The position numbers were made by a program, and so were the translations under genes. From Candidatus Saccharimonadota bacterium (GTDB lineage: Bacteria; Patescibacteriota; Saccharimonadia; Saccharimonadales; UBA10212), in the NCBI GenBank assembly GCA_022841445.1, contig JALHRM010000001.1, positions 387,777 through 451,776 on the forward strand: a stretch of DNA of 64,000 nt. Reading direction: 5' to 3'. Position 1 is the first letter of the stretch, and each line of letters begins with the position of its first letter. Positions 8,397 to 17,118 of the stretch are shown piece after piece. The notes under the pieces were generated by a model, which was not told the DNA's origin, made no database searches, and worked only from the letters and a program-made list of their open reading frames with translations.

Positions 8397-9251
8397 GTGT
8401 GGAAAATTTTTATTATGAGCGAAACCGATTTTTTTGATGTGCCTGTAAGTTCGATTCGATCTGGGCTAAAGACGGCGATGCATGCGTTTTGTAAATCCGG
8501 AGGTATTTCTGAGGCTGTGGCGGCTCAAAGTAACGAGATGACCAGAGCTGGCAGACCAGGGGCAATGCTGCTACAGGCCGGTAAATTCATCATCGATGCA
8601 ACACTTGCCGCTATGGACGCTGCCATTACTCCCAACCAACCACTCCCTGACGAAGTATATGCCAGGCGGCTTGCAGCGACGTATACCGTTGACGAAGTCG
8701 CTCAAACGGCTGCTGGCGATGGTTCATTAAATAAGCTTTTTGGCGGATTCCCAATGCTTGAGGGTTGCAGCCCCGCGCAGCGGATATATTTTATGCAAAG
8801 AATCGCTTTTGATTTGGCAACAATCGGTTCGGCTCCGATACAAGAAGTTAGTGTTGTAGCAGGCGGCGCAGTACGTATGCTACAGCGTGCCGGTGTTGAT
8901 GGTTCGGTAGAAGGCATTGTGTCTCGAAGCCATGGCTTATTAGATTCCGCCAAGCTACACAAGGATCTGGCTGCAAAAGTGTTTAGTGTACTTGGGACTC
9001 CCTATTTTTCAGATGAATGTTACAGGATTCTAGATCATCGTGACGGTGGAATAAAGGTTGATTTTAGCGAAGAAGTGAAAGCGGTTTTTGAAGCGAACAA
9101 AGGTCGGGGTTGCCCGGCAGGGGGTGTCAGGCTTGGGGATGGACACCCATCAACGCTACTGCATATGTACTGGGAAAGAATAAATGCTTTTCTATTCCAA
9201 CCCGGCCACACCACTGATTTGCCAATTACTACATTGCCCCATACAATCTAA
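8397..9251 (+). CDS. hypothetical protein (284 aa; start uncertain, GTG 8397 or ATG 8415)
   Basis: A long ORF following 7848-8384 on the same strand. No motif was recognised. Confidence 0.5.
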   Translation: MWKIFIMSETDFFDVPVSSIRSGLKTAMHAFCKSGGISEAVAAQSNEMTRAGRPGAMLLQAGKFIIDATLAAMDAAITPNQPLPDEVYARRLAATYTVDEVAQTAAGDGSLNKLFGGFPMLEGCSPAQRIYFMQRIAFDLATIGSAPIQEVSVVAGGAVRMLQRAGVDGSVEGIVSRSHGLLDSAKLHKDLAAKVFSVLGTPYFSDECYRILDHRDGGIKVDFSEEVKAVFEANKGRGCPAGGVRLGDGHPSTLLHMYWERINAFLFQPGHTTDLPITTLPHTI

Positions 9252-9365
9252 GGATACATAAGCAATATCATAAGATTGTGCGTTGTAAAATAGTGTTGTG
9301 TAGTATTGACCCAAAATGCTTGTCCGTGACATTATCCTTTGTACAACAAAGTAGGAGGGTAACAT

Positions 9366-9938
9366 ATGAGACGAAAGTCTATGAATGGTCCGCTTGTTCG
9401 TGCGGTTGGGGTAATATCCGCAGTTATGCTGCTAGTAACCAGTGCGACGTTCGCGGCATTGCAAAGCCAGCAGGCATTGCTTACAGGCAACACCATCGAA
9501 AGTGCCACAGCTGATTTGCGTATAGGCACATCGGCAACGAGTTTTGGAGCAACTAGGGCGGGGTTTGATTTTGAAGATATTGTTCCGGGTGGTTCGTCAC
9601 AGCCAGCTGATGGGCATGTATTTTATCTAAAGAACTATGGCAGCGCCGCGCTTAATCTGCGCATGTCAGTCGGATCCGTACCGACTAATCCTTCGGCGGT
9701 AGACTTGTCCAAAGTTTACGTTCATATGACAAGAGTCGACAGTGGTACAGTGTTTAATTCGACACTGCAAGACCTGACCAACAGCTACGCAACCAATGGG
9801 ATGGCCGTTACCGAACCTATCGCTCCAGGTGCGGTTGTGCAATATAAACTGCGTGCTTCAATGGCGATTGACGCGTTCAGTGGCTCGGGAGCGAGCATCG
9901 GCGCGGTAGACTTTGTCTTTAGTGGTATTGCTCCGTAG
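9366..9938 (+). CDS. TasA/camelysin-like secreted protein with a SipW-dependent-type signal peptide
   Basis: A GGAGG SD is present. The N-terminus is MRRKSMNGPLVRAVGVISAVMLLVTSATFAALQSQQALLTGNTIESATADLRIG, a signal followed by an A-x-F-A..GN-x-f..a..l motif. The body is beta-rich. It lies directly upstream of a SipW-type peptidase. Confidence 0.55.
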   Translation: MRRKSMNGPLVRAVGVISAVMLLVTSATFAALQSQQALLTGNTIESATADLRIGTSATSFGATRAGFDFEDIVPGGSSQPADGHVFYLKNYGSAALNLRMSVGSVPTNPSAVDLSKVYVHMTRVDSGTVFNSTLQDLTNSYATNGMAVTEPIAPGAVVQYKLRASMAIDAFSGSGASIGAVDFVFSGIAP

Positions 9939-9950
9939 TTAAGGAAAGCA

Positions 9951-10505
9951 GTGAGATATTCGCTCGCCGAGTTACCAAAATCCAGCAAACGCTACTATGT
10001 TTTGGCTTGGTGTTCAGCGGCGCTACTTTTGATTGCAGCAGTACTGTTGGTGTTTTTATGGCGGTCTCAGTCGGTACGAATTTACAGCGTGCAAAGCGCC
10101 AGTATGGAGCCATACATACAAGTCGGCGACGCAGTCTTGGTACGTCCATTTAATCAAGCCATCATCAAGTCGGGTGATGTTGTGACATACAAGGATCCAA
10201 GAGATTCACAACTACTCATTACACATCGCGTTATAAGTTTCGATAGATCTACCAGTATGGTGACGGTAAAAGGCGACGCAAACCTTATTCACGATAAGCC
10301 CCTACATGCTTCACTTATCGTCGGGAAAGTGTCAGCTGTTACGCCAAAGGCAGGGTATATAATTGATGTGTTGCGAACCCCCGCCGGTTTGCTGGTGGGC
10401 ATCTACGTGCCAGCGATGATTGTACTCATTAGTGAAATACGACGGCTCGGTCAGTACTATTCTCGAGCAACTTACCATCTAAACTATAGACTCAGGAACA
10501 GTTAA
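9951..10505 (+). CDS. signal peptidase I, SipW/Sec11 (archaeal-eukaryal) type
   Basis: It has an N-terminal TM segment, the catalytic Ser in SASMEPYIQVGDAVLV, the His in ITHRVISF, VKGDANLIHD, and a C-terminal TM segment. Confidence 0.85.
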   Translation: MRYSLAELPKSSKRYYVLAWCSAALLLIAAVLLVFLWRSQSVRIYSVQSASMEPYIQVGDAVLVRPFNQAIIKSGDVVTYKDPRDSQLLITHRVISFDRSTSMVTVKGDANLIHDKPLHASLIVGKVSAVTPKAGYIIDVLRTPAGLLVGIYVPAMIVLISEIRRLGQYYSRATYHLNYRLRNS

Positions 10506-10540
10506 TTGATTTACAGTACAAAGAGTGATTAAATAGCAAA

Positions 10541-10891
10541 ATGATAGACGCAGGTGTTAATGGTTCACCCCGACCGGGCGCAGATAAAATATCTCGGCAT
10601 GACCGGTTAGTCGCATGTCTAGAAGAGCTTGGCCATAAAGTCGTTGGCGTGTTCATTGACGGTGGTAGTGAAAGTGAGCGGTGTTCTATGGCAGACGCCT
10701 TTGAGCAAAGGCTGCGATTAGCAAGAATTCATGGCTGGAATAGCATAACTATGATTACCGGGGATCCAGTACAGTTTGAAACAGATGATTGCGGCATTCG
10801 ACGTGCTGTTCGACCGGGTATGGTGTCGCTACTCCTAGCACCAGGACTTAATCCACATTTTCCAGCGGCAGAATGCCGAGAAGATTGCTAG
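10541..10891 (+). CDS. hypothetical protein (116 aa)
   Basis: ORF only. Confidence 0.35.
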   Translation: MIDAGVNGSPRPGADKISRHDRLVACLEELGHKVVGVFIDGGSESERCSMADAFEQRLRLARIHGWNSITMITGDPVQFETDDCGIRRAVRPGMVSLLLAPGLNPHFPAAECREDC

Positions 10892-10916
10892 TCGCTAACC
10901 TGCTATAGTTTAGTCT

Positions 10917-11861
10917 GTGGCGATTCTTAAAAAATATAGGAAATCCATTATGTTAGTTCTTGGTTTACTGCTTTTGCTTGTACTAGCAATTTTTTTTGTT
11001 GGTTTAAGTTCGGCAGACCGCACCGTATTATTCAACAGCTCAAAGTCCTTGCAAGTTGGGTCTGATACGCGTACATATAGGCTATATGATAAGGGTGGTG
11101 ATGCTGACTCACTAATTATCGCATTGCACGGACTAGGCGGCGATAGCCGACAAATTGCCTACTTTTCCGGGCTGCATAATGTTGTTCCGAGAGGTTTTGT
11201 GGTCGTCTATCCTGACGCTATTAAACCTGAGCGCCAAGGCGTTCGCCCAGGGTGGAATTCGGGTTTTTGCTGTGGTAGCGGCTGGGTACAAGGTACAGAC
11301 GATGTTGCCTATATCAGCAAACTAATTGACACACTTACAAATCAATATGGCATTGATAAAGCCAAAGTTTATATAACTGGCTTCTCTAGCGGGGCGATGA
11401 TGGCGCACCGTATAGCAGTAGAAATCCCAAATAAAATTGCTGGCTTCGCAGCTGTTTCGGGCAGCATTGGCACCAAAGGCAAAGAACTCAAGCCTACAGT
11501 AAGCGTTCCGGCATATTTAATTCATGGTGAAGCGGATACAGTAGTTGCGTTTAACGGTGGACAAGGCAGCAGTGACCCTGACTTTGTATGGACAGGCTTT
11601 GCCGATGGCTTGTCCGCTTGGGCAAACGTGAACGGCTGCAGTAACGAATCTCAGGTAAAAAGCGGAGTTATTACTCGAACAACGTATGAGCAATGTTCGG
11701 TTGAACTTATCGCCGACACCTACGAAGGTCTCGGTCATCGCTGGCCGGATTGGCGACTGGGTAATTTCTGGCATCAGCAACCCGCCAGCAGCAAATCAAT
11801 CGTAAACTTCTTCAATAGTCTTTCAGAAAATTTAGATAAGCCGGTTGGCAAAGACTCATAA
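10917..11861 (+). CDS. secreted PHB-depolymerase/LpqC-family esterase
   Basis: It has a signal anchor (IMLVLGLLLLLVLAIFFVGL), ALHGLGGD, WNSGFCCG and the nucleophile elbow GFSSGAMMAH. Confidence 0.75.
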   Translation: MAILKKYRKSIMLVLGLLLLLVLAIFFVGLSSADRTVLFNSSKSLQVGSDTRTYRLYDKGGDADSLIIALHGLGGDSRQIAYFSGLHNVVPRGFVVVYPDAIKPERQGVRPGWNSGFCCGSGWVQGTDDVAYISKLIDTLTNQYGIDKAKVYITGFSSGAMMAHRIAVEIPNKIAGFAAVSGSIGTKGKELKPTVSVPAYLIHGEADTVVAFNGGQGSSDPDFVWTGFADGLSAWANVNGCSNESQVKSGVITRTTYEQCSVELIADTYEGLGHRWPDWRLGNFWHQQPASSKSIVNFFNSLSENLDKPVGKDS

Positions 11862-12605
11862 TTCCACTTCGTCTAATGACATTTCATAAGCAATTTTGGC
11901 GGCTATTGCCTCCTCTATACAGCCAATAATACTTTTAATGTAGATTGTATTTTCGGGTCGTACAAAACCACTCCCACCGATAACAATGTGTCGAATGTTC
12001 CTAGCTTTCGGCGGTATCCCGGTCGATGGGTCTGGATACAAATACTGATTGCGTTCTTGGTCGTATGCGCGACAGGCAGCGCGCTTTTCTTCTTCGCTAC
12101 CGTCACTTCTATCTATTGCAACATAGTCTTCGGCGAGCTGTTGAATTTCTGTTTGAGGGACTTCCCAGGCATCTATAATAACTCGAGAGCCTTCTGGTTC
12201 GCCTGGTTGTGTAGATGAAGCATCGGGGAATTGAAGTCTAGTCGTCCAGGTGTCGGCTCCATGTAGGTTGAAGAGTAGCTTGTCTCTGTCGCCGGTGGCT
12301 GGCAGGCGGCCACTTACTAGTGCGTAGACAGGTTGTGCTGAGTCTTCTCGCCAACGTAATTCGGCGAAAGATATATACCCGTTTGTAGTGGCAGCATCAC
12401 GAGCTTCTTGGTAGGCGGGATCGTCTTCATCCAGCCCTGATCCAGGGTATAAGCTTGCCTGAGCGCGTACTTTGCCATCACGTGTAAAAGTAAGGCCATC
12501 AGCTGCCAGTGTTGCTTCTATTAGGCTGCTCAATTTTGTAGTAATCAATCCTACTGCTTCACGCTGCGAGAGTTGTTCGCCGCCTGGTATTTCACCTGTT
12601 GTCAT
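11856..12605 (-). CDS. hypothetical protein (249 aa)
   Basis: A long ORF with an AGGAG SD 6 nt upstream of the ATG. Confidence 0.5.
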   Translation of the reverse strand: MTTGEIPGGEQLSQREAVGLITTKLSSLIEATLAADGLTFTRDGKVRAQASLYPGSGLDEDDPAYQEARDAATTNGYISFAELRWREDSAQPVYALVSGRLPATGDRDKLLFNLHGADTWTTRLQFPDASSTQPGEPEGSRVIIDAWEVPQTEIQQLAEDYVAIDRSDGSEEEKRAACRAYDQERNQYLYPDPSTGIPPKARNIRHIVIGGSGFVRPENTIYIKSIIGCIEEAIAAKIAYEMSLDEVEL

Positions 12606-12741
12606 CCTGGACTCCTATTTGACTTTATGCCAAATATATATCAAATATATTATTTATTCAATCCCACATCGCAGCTATCTGATATAGTAACGATGATATG
12701 AGTAGTAAGACATTTTCAGCAGGTGGGGTGGTGGTAAGATC

Positions 12742-13125
12742 TTGGTTGTTAACCAGAATGGTAATTCGTGGTCACTCCCCAAAGGCCATATTGAACCAGG
12801 TGAAGATGAAGTAGCTGCTGCCATTCGCGAAGTTTACGAAGAAGCGGGCATTAAAGAAGTGAGAGTTATCAAGAAGCTCGGTCAGTACGAACGATACCGG
12901 ATTGGCCTCAGTGAAATAGAAGATAAGGCAATTCTGAAGTCCATAACAATATATTTAATGACTACGAACGAGGTAGACCTGCAGCCATTAGATCCGCATA
13001 ATCCAGAAGCTCGCTGGGTCAAGCCCGACGAGGTCGAATCGTTACTGACAAATCCGAAGGATAAGGCGTTCTACGCCGGCGTTCTACCTGAAGTTAAACA
13101 GTTTATCGCTACGCTTCAATCGTAA
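12742..13125 (+). CDS. NUDIX hydrolase. The N-terminal 13 codons lie in another frame from ATG 12698.
   Basis: The Nudix box is GHIEPGEDEVAAAIREVYEEAGI. The upstream MSSKTFSAGGVVV (12698-12736) is the expected first strand but is one frame off. Confidence 0.75.
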   Translation: MVVNQNGNSWSLPKGHIEPGEDEVAAAIREVYEEAGIKEVRVIKKLGQYERYRIGLSEIEDKAILKSITIYLMTTNEVDLQPLDPHNPEARWVKPDEVESLLTNPKDKAFYAGVLPEVKQFIATLQS

Positions 13126-14056
13126 TACTGGTTTGTTCCCATCTGGCGGGGTAATCTTTGCGATGGCCCTCTGGAACTCTCTTGAGCAATATCTCGTGGG
13201 CATGGTCGGTAGTGGTATTAGGATTATCAACTCGTCTTGCTACTTCGACGTAGCCTGGTCCACCATCGTCTCCATCGATTTCACTCGGGTTCCGATAAAT
13301 TCCGATTTTACCCTTCGGGATTTCCGCTAAATTACGCGCTACTCTTACCACCTGTTCACCATACTTACCAATCTTTATAAGGATTCTATCTGTACCGCTG
13401 TCGACAATTTCGCCAACTGCTTTTCTATCTGCAACCTCTAGTCGTACATTTCCAAACTTATCTGCAAATGCTACGCGTACTTGCTGTGTGATTTTTGGGA
13501 TGTCGGACAGCTCAGCCGGCATTAATATATCTGGTTGCTTCCGGGCATGGACAACGGTAGAAGAACGAAACTGCTCCCCCTCAGCCCATAAGCCACAATC
13601 ATTGGGTATACGATGTAGTGTCCTTATCAGCCCCCGAGCTGCAAGACCTCGTAAATATATTGCTGGACTATAAATTTCTAGGCCATTTTCGGTCGTTGCT
13701 ACATAGAATTCATCACCATTTGTGCCTGCTTCAAAATGTCCGTCTGTGCGGGGCGCGCAGTTGACAACAGCTACAACTGGTCTTTTACCGTTCTCTTGCG
13801 ATTGGCGTTCACGGAGCTGCCAGAGTAGTACTGCTGCGTAGTCACCAAGTGCCGGCCACGAGCCTATCGGGAATTCACTGTCTCTGAATCTATCCGTATT
13901 GCCAACCTGGGCGGTAAGTTTTGCATCAAAATCAACACTGTCTGTTACGCTTCTGCTAGCAGCTTCGGGGCTATGGGTTGGCAAAAAGCCGAAGACGTCA
14001 CTAAATTGTATAACTGCTTCTGGTGGTTGTCCGAGCGTTTCTGGTAGTGCTGGCAT
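13109..14056 (-). CDS. distant SAM hydrolase/halogenase (DUF62)-like protein
   Basis: The C-terminal VAFADKFGNVRLEV...IGKYGEQVVRVARNLAEIPKGKIGIYRNP...GYVEVARR resembles the DUF62 barrel pattern (iD.FGNlitNi ... G.lEiA). A GGAG SD is present. Confidence 0.35.
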   Translation of the reverse strand: MPALPETLGQPPEAVIQFSDVFGFLPTHSPEAASRSVTDSVDFDAKLTAQVGNTDRFRDSEFPIGSWPALGDYAAVLLWQLRERQSQENGKRPVVAVVNCAPRTDGHFEAGTNGDEFYVATTENGLEIYSPAIYLRGLAARGLIRTLHRIPNDCGLWAEGEQFRSSTVVHARKQPDILMPAELSDIPKITQQVRVAFADKFGNVRLEVADRKAVGEIVDSGTDRILIKIGKYGEQVVRVARNLAEIPKGKIGIYRNPSEIDGDDGGPGYVEVARRVDNPNTTTDHAHEILLKRVPEGHRKDYPARWEQTSITIEA

Positions 14057-14091
14057 TTGTTACTCCTACTAAGTTAGCTGTTTTATGAAAC

Positions 14092-14115
14092 GAAAAAACC
14101 GGCCCCAGGCCGGTT
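14092..14115 (-). terminator. intrinsic terminator inside the 5' leader of the 13109-14056 gene
   Basis: The minus strand reads ACCGGCC-UGG-GGCCGGU followed by UUUUUUCG. It lies about 40 nt upstream of the SD and ATG. Confidence 0.65.
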
Positions 14116-14228
14116 TGCGTATGTGCTGCACAATCAGTGCTATACCAGCCTGGGGCGGGGCATAGGCATCATGTGGTGCTGTGCGATAATCATTTAATAA
14201 TGATAAGTGTATTTAGGTGCTCCGTCAA

Positions 14229-14257
14229 TTGTCAAAGTACTAAATAAGTTATATAAT
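14229..14257 (+). promoter_or_regulatory. promoter giving a leaderless mRNA for the 14265 ORF
   Basis: TTGTCA (14229-14234), a 17-nt spacer, TATAAT (14252-14257), then 7 nt and ATG 14265. The -35 overlaps a minus-strand TTGACA (14235-14230). Confidence 0.6.
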
Positions 14258-14264
14258 ATTGCTT

Positions 14265-14849
14265 ATGTCTAAGCGAATAAATCCAGATAGCTCAGGTCCA
14301 GATCATTTTACAGCTCAAGAAATTCGTGTTTTTGGATTGGATGCTCTGAATATTAGATTAGGTATGCAGCCAAGTCCTGAGCAAGTTCACCAGCTTGCGG
14401 TTATTTCGGAAACTGTCTGTACTGATCCGGCAACCTATCGAGGCAGGGCTGCCGTAAACATAGACCCTACTGGATACCAAAGCACTTGTTTACCAACACG
14501 AGAAGGACGGTCATTGATGGTGTATTGGAATCCAGAAAATAATCCGGATGCTTCTGGTATGCCTGTGCCTGCCAACATAGTTGTGCGTGGTTTTCGCAGT
14601 TTTACAGAAAATGAGAAAAAGGCGCGCCTATCACTAAGAAGGCCAAAAGTATATGAAGTGCAGGATTCGCTATACATTACTGCTGATAACGAAGCACGAT
14701 TACTGAGGAAAATGTGGGGTGCTGGAAGGGCTTATGGTCGTGTGCCAATGCTCATGGCAACAAAGCCAGCCACAGCATCAGACGTGGAACTTGCTATAGT
14801 TGCAATAGTCGAAGCCGTACGTTATACAGAACGTACCCAAGAAGGTTAA
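14265..14849 (+). CDS. hypothetical protein (about 194 aa)
   Basis: A long ORF. ATG 14265 is preferred to the TTG at 14259 because of the promoter spacing. Confidence 0.5.
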   Translation: MSKRINPDSSGPDHFTAQEIRVFGLDALNIRLGMQPSPEQVHQLAVISETVCTDPATYRGRAAVNIDPTGYQSTCLPTREGRSLMVYWNPENNPDASGMPVPANIVVRGFRSFTENEKKARLSLRRPKVYEVQDSLYITADNEARLLRKMWGAGRAYGRVPMLMATKPATASDVELAIVAIVEAVRYTERTQEG

Positions 14850-14861
14850 GTATTTCTAAAA

Positions 14862-15989
14862 CTACGTCAGAAGTTCGATAAGTTTGTCGGCAGCTATGGC
14901 ATCTTTGACTTCGCGAGCAACTCGGCGTCCAACGCTCATGTTTTCGCCGTATAAATAACCTGAGTAGGGAGTAAACATTGTGCCTGGACTTCCGGGAATA
15001 CGCATGCTCACATCAAAAACTTTGAATTCTTCTTTAGGTGGACCAGCGCTGACAGCACCTTGGAGCGCAAATGGTCCGATGATTCCTGGCGGGTAGTGCT
15101 TTTGAGTGGCTGCTACAAATTTTTCACCGGCATCAAAGGCTTGTTCAAGTAGCGACTCTTTGATTGTGACCGACTGATGACCGTTTTCAATGTAACTTGG
15201 TCGGACGTATTTGAGAACTTCTTCTTGTTCGGGAGCAGTCAATCGCAATAAGCCATCGAGGTTGGTTTGACGGCGCGTGTCAGTACCAAGCAGTTCTAGT
15301 TCGCCGGTTAGTGGGGAATAGAAGAAGTTCAAGTTAAGCTGCGGTCCTAGTATGAATTCTTCGATCACGGCGATATCGAGCGACTGTTGGGTAATGGTGC
15401 CTGCGCTAACCATTTCTTGTGAGCGAATTTTGTATTCTTCGAAGCTATTTACCAAAAAGAATGCTCGTTCATATCCACGCGCGGCCTCACTTGCTTTGAC
15501 AATGACTAAGCGGTCAATGTCTTCAGGCTTTTCAAATTGCAGTGGAATCGAAAGTCCACCCTCCTGCAGTAAAAAGTACTGATTTCTCTCTTCATCACGT
15601 TCTTCTTTACGTACCAGTTCGCGGCTGCCGATGATTGGTACTAAAAAGTCGTTTTCAATCTCATCGAAGTTACAGTACACCCAAAAATAGCGACTATGTA
15701 CGAAGACAGCGTTTAAGTCTTGAAGCTGTTTTTGAATTTCGGGTTTTACGATGTCTCGAAAGTGGTCGACGTAAATAACATGGTCGACGCAACCACGGCC
15801 ATCGCGTGACTTAAAGTACTGGCTATAGGTTTTGTCGCGGCCTTTCTGGGCAACGATGACAGTTTCGAAACCTTCGGCTTTTGCTCCGCGAGCAACATCG
15901 AGTCCGCTATGGCCACCAAGGCTGGCGATACGAATGTTTTTAGGGTCATAACTTTTCAGAACTTTAGCAACATTATCACGTGAAATCAT
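14862..15989 (-). CDS. purP: PurP-family ATP-grasp (archaeal-type FAICAR synthetase-like), paralogue 2
   Basis: IASLGGHSGLDVARGAKAEGFETVIV, FYSPLTGELELLGTDTRRQTN, IGPFALQ and RIPGSPG align with M. jannaschii PurP as recalled. The start MISRDN at 15989 follows the upstream stop. Confidence 0.8.
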   Translation of the reverse strand: MISRDNVAKVLKSYDPKNIRIASLGGHSGLDVARGAKAEGFETVIVAQKGRDKTYSQYFKSRDGRGCVDHVIYVDHFRDIVKPEIQKQLQDLNAVFVHSRYFWVYCNFDEIENDFLVPIIGSRELVRKEERDEERNQYFLLQEGGLSIPLQFEKPEDIDRLVIVKASEAARGYERAFFLVNSFEEYKIRSQEMVSAGTITQQSLDIAVIEEFILGPQLNLNFFYSPLTGELELLGTDTRRQTNLDGLLRLTAPEQEEVLKYVRPSYIENGHQSVTIKESLLEQAFDAGEKFVAATQKHYPPGIIGPFALQGAVSAGPPKEEFKVFDVSMRIPGSPGTMFTPYSGYLYGENMSVGRRVAREVKDAIAADKLIELLT

Positions 15990-15990
15990 A

Positions 15991-16992
15991 TTAGTTGAAA
16001 ATCCTTTCCAGGGCGTTTTGTTCTTCAGCGAGGCGGATTTCCATGGCAATGCGCCGGCCAGTGCTCATCGGTTTGTTATAGCGTAGGTCGCTGTATGGTG
16101 AACCATGGATGTACGGGTTGGTGCCAGCCACGATACGAGCAGATATCTCGAAGACGAAGAAGTCTAAATCTGGAGTGACAATGGTTTCGAGACAGAATGG
16201 CCCAAACAATCCACGACTATCCCATTTTTTGGATGCGGCGATTACTTGCTCACCCATTTCAAAAATTTCCGGTAGCAGAGATTCACGGACAACAAGCGGA
16301 GTGTTACCCATGATGTTGTAGGACGTTTCGATGTTTAAGTCTAATTGGTCTTTGGCAGAAATTCGCCCGATAGAGTCAACATTACTCTCGTAACGACGGT
16401 CAAAACCCATCAGTTCCAGTTCTTCGGTGAGTGGGGAATAAAAGTAATGGATGTAAACTGGCGCACCGACAATATATTCTTGGATGATGTATTTTTGGTC
16501 AGGGTGTTGTTTGATTTTTTCTTCAAATTCTTTTTGATTATGTGCCAAGAAGTAACCTTTGCCACCCTGAGCGCCATAGAATTTGATGATTACTGACGTA
16601 TCGATATCAGATGGTTTCTCAAAGATTCTTGGTAATTTTAGTCCTGCCTCTGCGAGCCACTGCCGCTGTTTTTTGCGGTCGGTTTCCCAGGCGAGTACTT
16701 TCTTATTGCCAAAATATGGGGTTTTGAGTTCGTCAATCTCAGCTAGGCTAAATGCGTTAACAAAAGAAGCATGCGGAATCAGCACAGCATTCATAGCGGC
16801 TAGTTCATCGTCACGGTCTTTAGCGTCAGCAAACTTATCGACGGCGATTATATGATCAGCAACCCGAAAAGATTCGTAGGGTTTGAGTCGTTTCTTTTCA
16901 GCAATCAAAACAGTCTCAAAACCTTCATCCCGACCACCCTTCAAGATTTGCAGCGCGCTATGACTCCCCAACGTACAAATTTTGTGTTTCAC
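15991..16992 (-). CDS. purP: PurP-family ATP-grasp (archaeal-type FAICAR synthetase-like), paralogue 1
   Basis: ICTLGSHSALQILKGGRDEGFETVLI, IHYFYSPLTEELELMGFDRRYESNVD, VVRESLLPEIFEMGE, FGPFCLE and FEISARIVAGTN are present. The GTG at 16992 has a GAGAGGTG SD. Confidence 0.85.
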   Translation of the reverse strand: MKHKICTLGSHSALQILKGGRDEGFETVLIAEKKRLKPYESFRVADHIIAVDKFADAKDRDDELAAMNAVLIPHASFVNAFSLAEIDELKTPYFGNKKVLAWETDRKKQRQWLAEAGLKLPRIFEKPSDIDTSVIIKFYGAQGGKGYFLAHNQKEFEEKIKQHPDQKYIIQEYIVGAPVYIHYFYSPLTEELELMGFDRRYESNVDSIGRISAKDQLDLNIETSYNIMGNTPLVVRESLLPEIFEMGEQVIAASKKWDSRGLFGPFCLETIVTPDLDFFVFEISARIVAGTNPYIHGSPYSDLRYNKPMSTGRRIAMEIRLAEEQNALERIFN

Positions 16993-17118
16993 TTTGAACA
17001 CCTCTCATTTAAGAAGTTATATTGCTACTAAGTATACCAGTAAAACTATATTAACAGAGACAAAAATTAATGGTTGGCTCATTCTTGGCAATAATTTTGT
17101 TAGAATGGGTCTTGATGT

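Noticed and set aside
14118-14200. CCAGCCTGGGGCGGGGCA on the plus strand considered as a ZTP (pfl) riboswitch 3' domain
   Set aside because: The resemblance to CCGCCUGGGC is partial. The plus-strand gene downstream has a leaderless promoter. The associated terminator is oriented for the minus strand, so it is interpreted instead as an antiterminator strand of a minus-strand leader.
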